From NCBI GenBank assembly GCA_000002435.2, contig CM018793.1: 64,000 bases of DNA; one strand, 5' to 3'. The DNA is from Giardia intestinalis (Eukaryota). The first letter of the stretch is position 1; every line of letters starts with the position of its first letter. Of this stretch, positions 21,496-30,295 are shown one piece after another. Under the pieces are notes generated by a model that made no database searches, was not told the origin of the DNA, and saw only the letters and a program-made list of their open reading frames with translations. A program made the translations under genes and the position numbers.

Positions 21496-22101
21496 ATGCC
21501 CGTCCCCATCCCCGGCACGCCCTGCCCCGACTTCGAGGTCGACGTCGTCACCCCTGAGCTTAAGTTCGCCAAGCGTAAGCTCTCTGACTACAAGGGCAAG
21601 TACCTGATTGTCTTCTTCTATCCGCTCGACTTCACCTTCGTCTGCCCCTCGGAGATCATCCACTTCTCGAACCTGGCTGAGCAGCTGAAGAAGAAGTGCA
21701 ACGCGGAGATCATCATCGGCTCGACGGACTCCGTCTACAGCCACTACGCCTGGTGCCTCCAGGGCCAGAACGAGGGCGGCATCGGGACGTGCAAGTGCGA
21801 CCTCTTCGCCGACACGAACCACAAGATGGCCCGCGACTTCGGCGTTCTGGTCGAGGACGCCGGCATTGCGCTCCGCGGGATGTTCATCGTCTCTGACAAG
21901 GGCGTCGTTCGCCACGTCACGATCAACGATCTTCCAGTGGGTCGCTCGGTGGAGGAGGCCATGCGCCTGGTCCAGGCCTTCCAGTACGCTGATAAAACCG
22001 GCGGCGACATCCCGTGCGGCTGGACCCCCGAGAAGAATGACACTATCATCCCCGACCCCGAGAAGAAGAAGGAGTACTTCTCCAAGACGTTCAAAGAGTG
22101 A
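21496..22101 (+). CDS. 2-Cys peroxiredoxin (thioredoxin peroxidase)
   Basis: Peroxidatic motif FTFVCPSEI, resolving-Cys region GGDIPCGWTPEKNDTI, full-length 201 aa. Strong GC3 codon bias. AGTAAAT poly(A) signal at the stop. A/T-rich initiator ttaaaATG. Confidence 0.95.
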   Translation: MPVPIPGTPCPDFEVDVVTPELKFAKRKLSDYKGKYLIVFFYPLDFTFVCPSEIIHFSNLAEQLKKKCNAEIIIGSTDSVYSHYAWCLQGQNEGGIGTCKCDLFADTNHKMARDFGVLVEDAGIALRGMFIVSDKGVVRHVTINDLPVGRSVEEAMRLVQAFQYADKTGGDIPCGWTPEKNDTIIPDPEKKKEYFSKTFKE

Positions 22102-22167
22102 GTAAATAAGGGACCAGTATCTTGCGCGATTTCTACTTATCTACTTAAAATCAAAAACTCAGGAGGG

Positions 22168-23016
22168 ATGTATTCAAATCCCGCATGGGAGTGGTTCCAC
22201 ACAAGGGGCATGTGCGCTCGAAGCAGCGACTATGAGATCTTCTCGTTCTACAGCAGTTTGTATGACATGCTTGATTTGAAGATGTGTGTCTGGGCATTGT
22301 GGGTACTAATATATACGCTTCCTCTGTTTACGTTCATAGAAGTATGCTCCATCACCCTTGCAACGCTAAATGCATATATTGCAGGACTTCTAGTGCCTAT
22401 TCCGGCTCCGTGTTTGTATTCTGTATATATATCGGTAAGAGTTTTTTCGGCTGATGAGTTCATCCTCTTTCCCGCTGTACTCATGCTCCTTCTGCGAGCA
22501 GTCTTTACGCCTTTGAAGAAGGAGCTATCGACGCTATTTTTCTGGACCAACTTCATATGTGTTTTAATCTGTACCGGATGTGTCTCTTTAATTACAGGTA
22601 GATCGAACCTTCAAATGGTTGCTTTCACTGGTATCTTAGCGGTTCTTTGTTACATATATGCCACTTGGACACCATTTTGCATGCGCATTGCAGAGGGAGT
22701 TGTCCTTTTAATATTGCTTTGCATATATACAGATAGATCTGCAAGCTTCGAGTACGCCTTCCAGCTCTGTCTCATGGGTGCCATTACAGGCATCTTGGTC
22801 CCCCTTGTATTTTTGACCATGGACCGAACAACCGTTAGGTCAGCATTCCCTATTCTTTTTAAGCCAATTGCAATCATAAAGAAAGCTAGGAAGAAAGATG
22901 CGGCGGTGCTGCCCATTGCTTTGAGCTTTTCTTTCCTCTATAGCGCCTATCAGATTACTCTTCTTGTACCCTTGCTGTTGGGGATATACTATTACAAAAA
23001 GTACACGCAAAGCTAA
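22168..23016 (+). CDS. polytopic membrane protein, hypothetical
   Basis: 282-aa ORF with 6-7 hydrophobic helices. No family recognised. Confidence 0.45.
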   Translation: MYSNPAWEWFHTRGMCARSSDYEIFSFYSSLYDMLDLKMCVWALWVLIYTLPLFTFIEVCSITLATLNAYIAGLLVPIPAPCLYSVYISVRVFSADEFILFPAVLMLLLRAVFTPLKKELSTLFFWTNFICVLICTGCVSLITGRSNLQMVAFTGILAVLCYIYATWTPFCMRIAEGVVLLILLCIYTDRSASFEYAFQLCLMGAITGILVPLVFLTMDRTTVRSAFPILFKPIAIIKKARKKDAAVLPIALSFSFLYSAYQITLLVPLLLGIYYYKKYTQS

Positions 23017-23030
23017 AGGTGCTCTAGATT

Positions 23031-24221
23031 CTAGCGTCCGTTATTGTAATAAATATCCGCTAGGTATCGTGCATCAGAATTGATGGGCTCCAGTATATAC
23101 AGACCAGTGTGGTAGTCTAGATACGATGACAGGCTCGGCCTTCCACAGCTGTGTCCTACACTCTCATACGTTCTACACAGAGTCGTCAATTGAGGAAGCG
23201 TTCGGAGAAAGCTGGCAGGATCTGTGGCCACAGCCTCCTTCAACGGTGCTACGCTAACGTCAAAGTGGGGCCTTATTTCTTTAGAAAGCTCAAGAAACTT
23301 ATCCCATTGCTCTATAAGGGTGTATTCGCTAGTTGTGGTGGCTACCACATTAATTATATCTACAAGGGCACTGAGTACTACTGCATATGTCAAGGTTCTG
23401 CCTTCGTTGATGATTTGGAGGATGGTGCTTGTAACCCCCAGGTTAACGTAGAGCTCTGGACGAAATGCCCAGTGAGCCAGTGACTCCTCTGGAAGGGCTA
23501 TGCCTTCAAGGCTTATGCCAGCCGGGCGGAGAATAGACTGGGCTAACTGGTATGCTTCCAGGGAGTATGCATAGGCTTCTGGTTGTGTAGGGCTTATCTT
23601 GAGCGAGACAGAGTCTATGCCTTGAGAGCCTAGATTTTTATTCATAGCAACAATTGCTGTAGATAACTTTTCAATAGATGCGTAGTTAGTCATGTTGTTG
23701 GCATCATCGTTCAAATATGCCACCAGGTTTACGGTATAACCTTTAAGTTTGGCCTTTTTAATGGCATTCTCTAACGATGATGAAAATGGAAGGGTACCCT
23801 TAGCCCACGTATCGCTGTCCCACTGTGCACAACCACCATATAAGTATATCGTTTTGATTGTGTGTCTATCAGTGAAGTTTAGTAGATAGTCAAACGCATT
23901 ATCAGCATTTGATAGGAGGGAGCTGTAGGCAGGTAGCCCATCGAGCTTCGACTGAGACGTATGAGACCATGCATATATAGCTTTCTCAGTTTGGAGATAG
24001 TCGCTGAATAATTCATCAGAGATAGTCTGACCCGACGGCGGGGGGATCAACTGTGGCTTTCTAGTGACGAAGTAGACAATAAGAAACACCACAACACCCC
24101 CAATAACCAACGATGATAGCAGCAGTATAATACGGAGTATGTTTGTGCGTTTCATGCTAGGCTGGGGATCATAGTATCTTTTTGTTTTACGGGCTACTTG
24201 GGGGTCCGCCGGAATGTTCAT
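23031..24221 (-). CDS. type II (signal-anchor) membrane protein, hypothetical; possibly glycosidase-like
   Basis: N-terminal cytosolic stretch, then TM helix ILRIILLLSSLVIGGVVVFLIVYFV, then a ~340-aa lumenal/extracellular domain. Function not recognisable. Confidence 0.5.
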   Translation of the reverse strand: MNIPADPQVARKTKRYYDPQPSMKRTNILRIILLLSSLVIGGVVVFLIVYFVTRKPQLIPPPSGQTISDELFSDYLQTEKAIYAWSHTSQSKLDGLPAYSSLLSNADNAFDYLLNFTDRHTIKTIYLYGGCAQWDSDTWAKGTLPFSSSLENAIKKAKLKGYTVNLVAYLNDDANNMTNYASIEKLSTAIVAMNKNLGSQGIDSVSLKISPTQPEAYAYSLEAYQLAQSILRPAGISLEGIALPEESLAHWAFRPELYVNLGVTSTILQIINEGRTLTYAVVLSALVDIINVVATTTSEYTLIEQWDKFLELSKEIRPHFDVSVAPLKEAVATDPASFLRTLPQLTTLCRTYESVGHSCGRPSLSSYLDYHTGLYILEPINSDARYLADIYYNNGR

Positions 24222-24424
24222 TTTATCTTTGTAACTGTATAATCAGTTGTATAGGTAAATGCTCCCTGTAGTCTCAACCTTTGAATTGTACAGAAACTAT
24301 TCATCGCCCCAATGGCAGATGACTTGAGTGGTAGCTGATTCAGAGATCTGATTTAGAGCCAGAAGTATGAAAGTTAGGGTAAACATGTCTTCCAGTAGCA
24401 ATTTACAGCATATCTGCTGACTGC

Positions 24425-24988
24425 TTATTCCCGGTCATCGTCAGTGACAGGAAGGCCGTCTAGCTTCTTAAGACCCGGAAGCCTGCGAACAACTTCTCTG
24501 CGCCAGTTTCCAGTAGATGCGTGCTGCTGGTGAAGTGGATTGCCGATAAGAACCAATTCCTGAAGATCGGGCAACTCGGCCAGCCGCTCAACTTCACCAA
24601 ACGAAGCTATGAGGTTGTTTCCGATAAACAAGCAGCGGAGCCTCTTAAGAGATATAAGGGGAGCTAGCTTTTCTATCATATTATAAGAAATCCAGAGCTG
24701 CTCCAGGGTGTCCTTCACGCCATCCAAGCCCTCTATCCTCTTGATGAGGTTGCGTCCCAACGAGAGTATTTTAAGATTCGGAAGGCTATTGAGCCCGGCA
24801 ATACGGTCTATGTTGTTAGAGCTTAAGGAAAGATGAACACAGCCCTTAAGGGTTGAGAGGGACGCGTCCATTCGCTCAATAGGGGGGAACTGGTAGAAGA
24901 GCTTGATAACCTCGGCCTCCTCTGGCTTTTGACCAGTCTTAGCAGCCCATGCCTTAATAGCATCTTTGCAACTAGTGGCTTTACTCAT
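24425..24988 (-). CDS. LC1: axonemal outer-arm dynein light chain 1 (leucine-rich repeat protein, DNAL1/LC1 orthologue)
   Basis: Collinear match to DNAL1 over its whole length: IKAWAAKTGQKPEEAEVIKLFYQFPPIERMDASLSTL..LSLSSNNIDRIAGLNSLPNLKILSLGRNLIKRIEGLDGVKDTLEQLWISYNMIEKL...LPGLKKLDG. Confidence 0.9.
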   Translation of the reverse strand: MSKATSCKDAIKAWAAKTGQKPEEAEVIKLFYQFPPIERMDASLSTLKGCVHLSLSSNNIDRIAGLNSLPNLKILSLGRNLIKRIEGLDGVKDTLEQLWISYNMIEKLAPLISLKRLRCLFIGNNLIASFGEVERLAELPDLQELVLIGNPLHQQHASTGNWRREVVRRLPGLKKLDGLPVTDDDRE

Positions 24989-25213
24989 TTTTAGATCTTA
25001 GCTTATGTTAAAATTGCCAACACTGCTTGCTCAATCCATGAAGTATCTAATGCTGCTACTGAGGTATAAGACTGAGCTAGACCTTTCTCTGCTGACTTTT
25101 AAGTACCTCAATCAAAATGTTCCTATTTTTCCTTTCCAAGTATTCAATGGAGTTAGTGGCCTACTAAAGCAGTTATTATATAGTCTACCTCTGCTATCAT
25201 GATCGATAGTGTG

Positions 25214-26100
25214 CTAGGCTGCGGCAGAGCAGAAGGCCACGCCGGGCGCCGTGATGTCGTTGGCAGCATTCTGCTTTGCAGCGAGTGCCATTGTGGCGAC
25301 TGAGCCTCTGTTTGCAACCAGAGCAGCCAGGCTATCTGGAGCGATACATGCAGAAAAAAGCCTCACCAATGTCGTTGCGCCACGTAGTTCCGCCGCAGCC
25401 ACACCGTTAATCCTGTCGGTTACGGCCTGCACAGCAGAGAGTCGGCGCCGGTCAACTTGCGCGCCCGCCTGCATGTGAGAAGCACCTGGAAAGTGTCGCT
25501 CGCTGTAAGAAGCCTGGGGAAGGCCGCCGGGCCAGCGGGGGCAGCCACGGATTGACCGACGAAGCGGCTCGATGGGCTGCGAACGCGCATGCGTCAGCCC
25601 TCAGATTCTCCAGCAGCGGAAGGCAAGCGCCGAAAGGCTCTCCGCAGCCCTTGCCAAAGCCCAGCAGCATGCACAGCAGCGCTGTACCACACGCATAAAC
25701 GCTCAGAAACGGAGCTGCGTCAGTGCCCAGGGGAGCGGTCAAGACGTCCCGCACAGTGTCTACGCCCCCGGTGACACAGAGCTCCGCAAGGGCTGCTCCG
25801 AATGCGGTGGCGTCGAGTAAATGCGCGCACACAAGGCACAGCAGCAGCCTCGTTGTAGGCCAGTTGAGGACGCACTCGCTGCTCCACCCCGAGCTGTAGG
25901 TCTGACAGCAGGACGATCCGCTCCAGCCTCTCGGGCCCCTCCCCTGCTGTGCGCGTTGCAAGGCTCGCTGCGAAGGCACACGAGGCAGGGCCGCGCCGTG
26001 CATCCTCGAGCAGGCCGTCACTCAGCGCCAGCAGCTCCGCGTCCTGCACGACGCCGCCGGTGGCGTGGTAGTTCGCCATCAGGGAGCGCAACGAAGACGC
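25214..26100 (-). other. GC-rich (~68% GC) segment with three staggered minus-strand ORFs (147, 189, 86 aa) in different frames; possible decayed gene
   Basis: ORFs 25720..26163, 25452..26021 and 25214..25474 abut in successive frames. The reading switches frame near 25.75 kb (..VPCVRAFT / LLDATAFGAALAEL..). Open frames on both strands are expected at this GC content, so coding status is unproven. Confidence 0.2.
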
Positions 26101-26710
26101 AAGCATGAGCCCTCCTCGGCAGCCTCTCCGGTTGTCCGCCTGTCCGGGAATTATTCTTGCCAAATTGCATACGATTGCATTTTGAGATTTCGTCTCCTTC
26201 CCTGATGGACTGGAGCTTCAGCGTAGCGTCGTGTCTCCCAGGCCCGTCCACGCAGTGGCAGGCTACAGAGCCCGTTTGGCTGTCGCACAATGCACTGGCC
26301 TACCGGGCACGCTGGGCAGCATCTTAGCGCCTCCGACGACGAGGAGCCACTGGCCCTGGACTGCACCACTAGGTCGCCTATCGGGCACGCGCATGCTTCT
26401 TTCCGGGCCCCGTCCATCCAGCTGCCAGCCCCGGAGGCGGAGCAAGTCGGGAGACACCCCTCTGGCGAGAGCACGACAGGCAGCAAGGGCCAGCAGCCTT
26501 GCCATGGTCGCCCTCCTCGGCAGAGAGCCCGGCCCATCGCCCACTCACCGCGGTCTCCGAAGAGCCCTCGCCTCCTGGTCCACCGGTCCGCATGCGTATC
26601 TACTTGCCACGTTATAGTAGCGAAGCCCCTCACCTGTCTGGCTATTCTTCACTCGACGTGGAAGGTGTTTACATGCGTAATGCACCGGCCGTGGACCAAA
26701 TCTTAAGTTT

Positions 26711-28039
26711 ATGGCGCCCAGGGCGTCGTCGCCGGCGGAGGCTCCCTCCTTCCCGTCTGTGTCCTCTGCGCTGCAGATGCTTGTGCGGCCGCCTGTTCCA
26801 GCGTCAACCGGCGGGCATGACCCCGGTGGGGCGAGTCGTCTCCGAGAGGGACGCAGAGCCTGCGACCTGCGTTCTAGGCTGGGCCTTCTTCTGGGCCAGG
26901 CTGACGCGATGTCGGGGAGAAGCCGAGTGGGCCCGGAGACGCACTGCGCAAGGCTCCACCAGCTTCTAGCGCGGCTCGCAAGGCTGCAGGAAACAGACCG
27001 CTTGCTGGACGCCATTGAGTGTTCGAGTGCCTGCATGGCACAGATCAGCGACCCGGCCTGCCTCCGGTGCCTTCTTCGCGCACACTCCGCCCTAAGCATA
27101 TCCCCGCCTCCGGCTGGCCGTGGCGTCTCTCTAGAGAGGCAGCGGCAGTGCATAGCGTCGTCCATCTGTGAGCACTTTTCAGCAGGAATCCGAGGGGCGC
27201 TGGACAGGATCCTTGCTTCGCGCCTCCGCGCCTGCCACGAGACGCGCGCTCAAGCGCATCTTACGAAGCCAGAGGCCTCCGACCAGCTGGCTAGCCTCCT
27301 GTCCGGCCTCCGTGTGGAGGATGCTGCCCCCATTTCGGCGCACTGGAGCGACCAGCTCTTCTACACGGCTCTCTGCCGCGAAGCAGCCGTTGTCTGCGAG
27401 TCCCTGTCTTCACTCGCCCTTTCGGTGTCGGAACAGGTTAGGCGCCGTATGCACCTGGGCGACAGCGGACCCTTGACTGCGCTGCTCCACGCCGCGAGGT
27501 CTTTCGTTTCTGCGTGCGAGCACGCCTTTTCTGTGTCCTTCCCGACTGGGCTGATGAGTGAGAGCGGAGAGGCAGGCCTTTTGCTGGGCGGGATCGAAGA
27601 GACGGGGCCCTACTTTTCTGCGCGATTGAAGCTGGCCCGGGCAAGGGGGCGGCCTCGTGTAATCGGGCGGCTGTTCGGTCGGTCCGCTGCGTCCCCCATC
27701 GAGGCATATGTAGAGCGTATTCGTCAAAACTTCAGCGGCCCTGCAGCATGGGCTCCCCCCTACCCAGAGCCGGGCCAGAGCCTTATGTCTGACAGCTCTG
27801 CTGCGAGGCGGTGGCACACTACCGGCGCAGGCCAGCTCTTCGTCGACTTCCTTGTTTTGTTTCTGGGGTCAATCTTTGATGCATTTACTCTCGGGGATCA
27901 GATTGCAACCTTCCCCTCTATAGGCCTGTATCTCAGCAACAATCCAGTGGCGGAGGAAGGCGGGCTATTCGCACGGGTCTTCGCTACATACTCAGGAATG
28001 GTTGCCAGTGAAGCAGGGAGTCTAAGGGCTATCGAGTAG
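26711..28039 (+). CDS. hypothetical protein (442 aa), GC-rich gene
   Basis: ATG preceded by an A/T-rich initiator (aaatcttaagtttATGG). The 3' third has normal Giardia-like composition. No domain recognised. The length could partly reflect GC-driven stop depletion. Confidence 0.4.
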   Translation: MAPRASSPAEAPSFPSVSSALQMLVRPPVPASTGGHDPGGASRLREGRRACDLRSRLGLLLGQADAMSGRSRVGPETHCARLHQLLARLARLQETDRLLDAIECSSACMAQISDPACLRCLLRAHSALSISPPPAGRGVSLERQRQCIASSICEHFSAGIRGALDRILASRLRACHETRAQAHLTKPEASDQLASLLSGLRVEDAAPISAHWSDQLFYTALCREAAVVCESLSSLALSVSEQVRRRMHLGDSGPLTALLHAARSFVSACEHAFSVSFPTGLMSESGEAGLLLGGIEETGPYFSARLKLARARGRPRVIGRLFGRSAASPIEAYVERIRQNFSGPAAWAPPYPEPGQSLMSDSSAARRWHTTGAGQLFVDFLVLFLGSIFDAFTLGDQIATFPSIGLYLSNNPVAEEGGLFARVFATYSGMVASEAGSLRAIE

Positions 28040-28229
28040 AGCCATTACTCTGTCCCGACGAGCCGATCCCGCCTGCCACTCGTCGCCCGTGCAGCACTGT
28101 CCCTCCGGGCACACGACAAGGCGCCTCGTGTGCGACCAGGCCAGCGGGCTCCCCCCTGGGGCAGCCCTCGGAGTGGGAGTCTCAGAGAGGAGGCCGCCGG
28201 GGCACCCCCACCCGCTGCGCGCAATCCGG

Positions 28230-30227
28230 TCCACACCACAGCCTCTCTACTGATACCCCTGTTCGTGGTGAGCGCGCTTGCAGTAACCTGCCAGGCCGAT
28301 AAGTGCGAGACGGTCGGTAACACAGAGATCTGCACCCAGTGCAGGGCCGGGGCGTCCCGGTCGACGGCTTCTGCTGGCCCCCCGGCTTCCCCCAGGCCGC
28401 GGCAGCCGGGTGCACCGAGGAAGACGGGGTACCCTCGACAAGACGGCAGCCACCTGCGGGAAGTGCGGCGACGGGTACCTCCTCTTCATGGGCGGATGCT
28501 ACAAGACAGAGAGTCAGCCCGGCAGTGACATATGCACAGCAGCCAGTAACGGAGTATGCACTGAGTGTAATACAAAGAACGGCCTGTTCAAGAACCCTGC
28601 TACAGCACCAGAGAAAGGAAGGGAGTGCATACTCTGTCATGATGCCACGGGAGCAGATGGATATATGGGAGTCGAGGGCTGCGCTACATGTACAGCACCA
28701 ACTAATAATAAGGGGGCAGCCACGTGCACAGAGTGTCAAGATGGGTACTACAACGATGGTGGCGCATGTAAGAAGTGCGTTGATGGATGCATAGACTGCA
28801 CCGGTGCAAATCAATGCACAACATGTGAGGACGGGAAATACCTGAAGAATAATCAATGTGTAGATGCTGGTCAATGTGATCAAGGCACCTATGCAGACCC
28901 GACAACAGGCCAATGCAAGCCATGTGGAATAACTGACTGTGCCACCTGTGAGTACAATGCAACTATTAGTCAACCACAGTGTAAGACCTGCAGTACTAGT
29001 AGTAACAAGATGGTGAAGACAGCGGCAGACGGGACGACCACTTGTGTCGATGATGGTGGATGTACAAATGGCAATACGCACTTTGTTGAAGGTACTAACC
29101 AAAAGCTTTGTGTCCCATGTGGTGATACTACAAATGGTGGGGTTCTAGGTTGTAGTACTTGCTCCTCTAAAACTACATGTACAAAGTGCCTCGACGGATA
29201 CTACGATAGTGGTAGTGGTACGGTTACATGCACCGCTTGTCCAGGTGCTAACTGTGCCACCTGTGTTAAAGATACAAAAGACCAATGCACGACCTGTAAG
29301 CCTGGGTTCTTCTTGAAGGATAGCTCCTCTGGTGAGTGCATCTCATGTAGTGACAAAAACAATGGGGGCCACGAAGGGTGCAGTGCATGCTCTAGCAACG
29401 GTGCTTTCAAGTGCACTGACTGTAAGCCTAACTACAAAAAAGAGGGAACTTCAGACAACTATACATGTGTGAAGACTTGTGAGGACGAGACGGCTTGTGG
29501 TGGTACTTCTGGGGCCTGTGATGCAATAGTAATTGACGAGAATGGCAACACAAAGCATTATTGTTCATTCTGTGGGGAGAGTGGTAAGTTCCCTATAGAT
29601 GGTCTCTGTGCTAGTGACAAGGCTAATAATAATGGATGTGCCAATGGTGTCTGTACATCATGTACTGCTGCTAACTACTTCCTCTATATGGGTGGTTGTT
29701 ATAAGGTTAATACAGTACCAGGTAGTCATATGTGCAAGACAGCTAACAACGGTGTCTGTACAGCTGTTAGTGAGAACAATAAGTACTTCATAGTCCCAGG
29801 GGCATCCAATCAGAATCAGTCTGTACTAGCATGTGGTAACCCCCTAGGCACACTAGTAGATACTAAGGCATACGTGGGGGTCGAGGGCTGCTCTCAGTGT
29901 ACAGCCCCGACAGCTCTAACAACAGCTGGCATGACCGCTGCTGTGTGTACCTCCTGTGACAGTGATAGGAAGCCCAACAAGGATGGTACTGGGTGTGTGC
30001 TGTGCTCTGACACCAACTGCAAGAGCTGTGTGATGGACGGTGTGTGTGAGGAGTGCAACAGTGGCTTCAGCCTAGACAGCAGTGGGGCCTCCTGTGTGTC
30101 CTCTGGCGCCAACAGGAGCGGGCTCTCCACGGGGGCCATCGCGGGGATCTCCGTCGCCGTGGTCGTCGTCGTGGGGGGCCTCGTGGGCTTCTTGTGTTGG
30201 TGGTTTGTGTGTAGAGGGAAGGCGTAG
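28230..30227 (+). pseudogene. VSP family, array unit 1: full-length VSP body ending ..WWFVCRGKA, but the 5' end is degraded (no ATG before the signal-peptide-like segment, two frame shifts)
   Basis: A signal-peptide-like hydrophobic segment TASLLIPLFVVSALAVTCQADKCET.. lies in frame 2 (~28235-28320) with no ATG in front. The nearest upstream ATG (28130) would add a 37-aa GC-rich leader. Reading continues in frame 1 (GVPVDGFCWPPGFPQAAAAGCTEEDGV, from ~28345) and then in frame 0 from ~28430. Frame 0 holds the 605-codon body ORF 28410..30227 with CxxC repeats, GGCY, TM helix and CRGKA. Confidence 0.6.
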
Positions 30228-30237
30228 GTACTTAGGT

Positions 30238-30244
30238 AGTGAAT
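30238..30244 (+). promoter_or_regulatory. Giardia-type poly(A) signal AGTGAAT (AGTRAAY) ~11 nt after the VSP stop codon; recurs in every unit
   Basis: Sequence gcgTAGgtacttaggtAGTGAATgc. The same motif sits at +1835 steps (32073, 33908, 35743, 37578, 39413). AGTAAAT after the peroxiredoxin stop and AGTAAAC after the HCMP stop (44303) fit the same consensus. Confidence 0.55.
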
Positions 30245-30295
30245 GCTATGAGTGATGATAATGGGTGATAGTGGGTGATAGTATGATAGTGGAGT

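Noticed and set aside
21415-22105. Overlapping ORFs 21415..21915(-), 21744..22094(-), 21696..21896(+), 21866..22105(+) over the peroxiredoxin gene
   Set aside because: These are by-products of the GC3-rich peroxiredoxin coding sequence. The real gene is unambiguous from its catalytic motifs.
24222-24424. Box C/D snoRNA-like motifs (cAGATGAc ... CTGA ... CTGA) in the gap upstream of the dynein LC1 gene
   Set aside because: Box C is imperfect (AGAUGA rather than RUGAUGA). No terminal stem is evident and the C-D spacing is short. Not supportable without a covariance search.
25005-25202. 65-codon ORF upstream of dynein LC1
   Set aside because: AT-rich low-complexity translation (MLKLPTLLAQSMKYLMLLLRY..) lying in the LC1 promoter region. 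It looks like promoter DNA rather than a gene.
25200-28230. Possibility that the GC-rich island is an rDNA unit or subtelomeric rRNA fragment (Giardia rDNA is very GC-rich)
   Set aside because: I could not recognise any conserved SSU/LSU/5.8S core stretch in either orientation, and a plausible ATG ORF with a normal initiator occupies 26711..28039. Left as unexplained GC-rich DNA; a BLASTN against rDNA would settle it.
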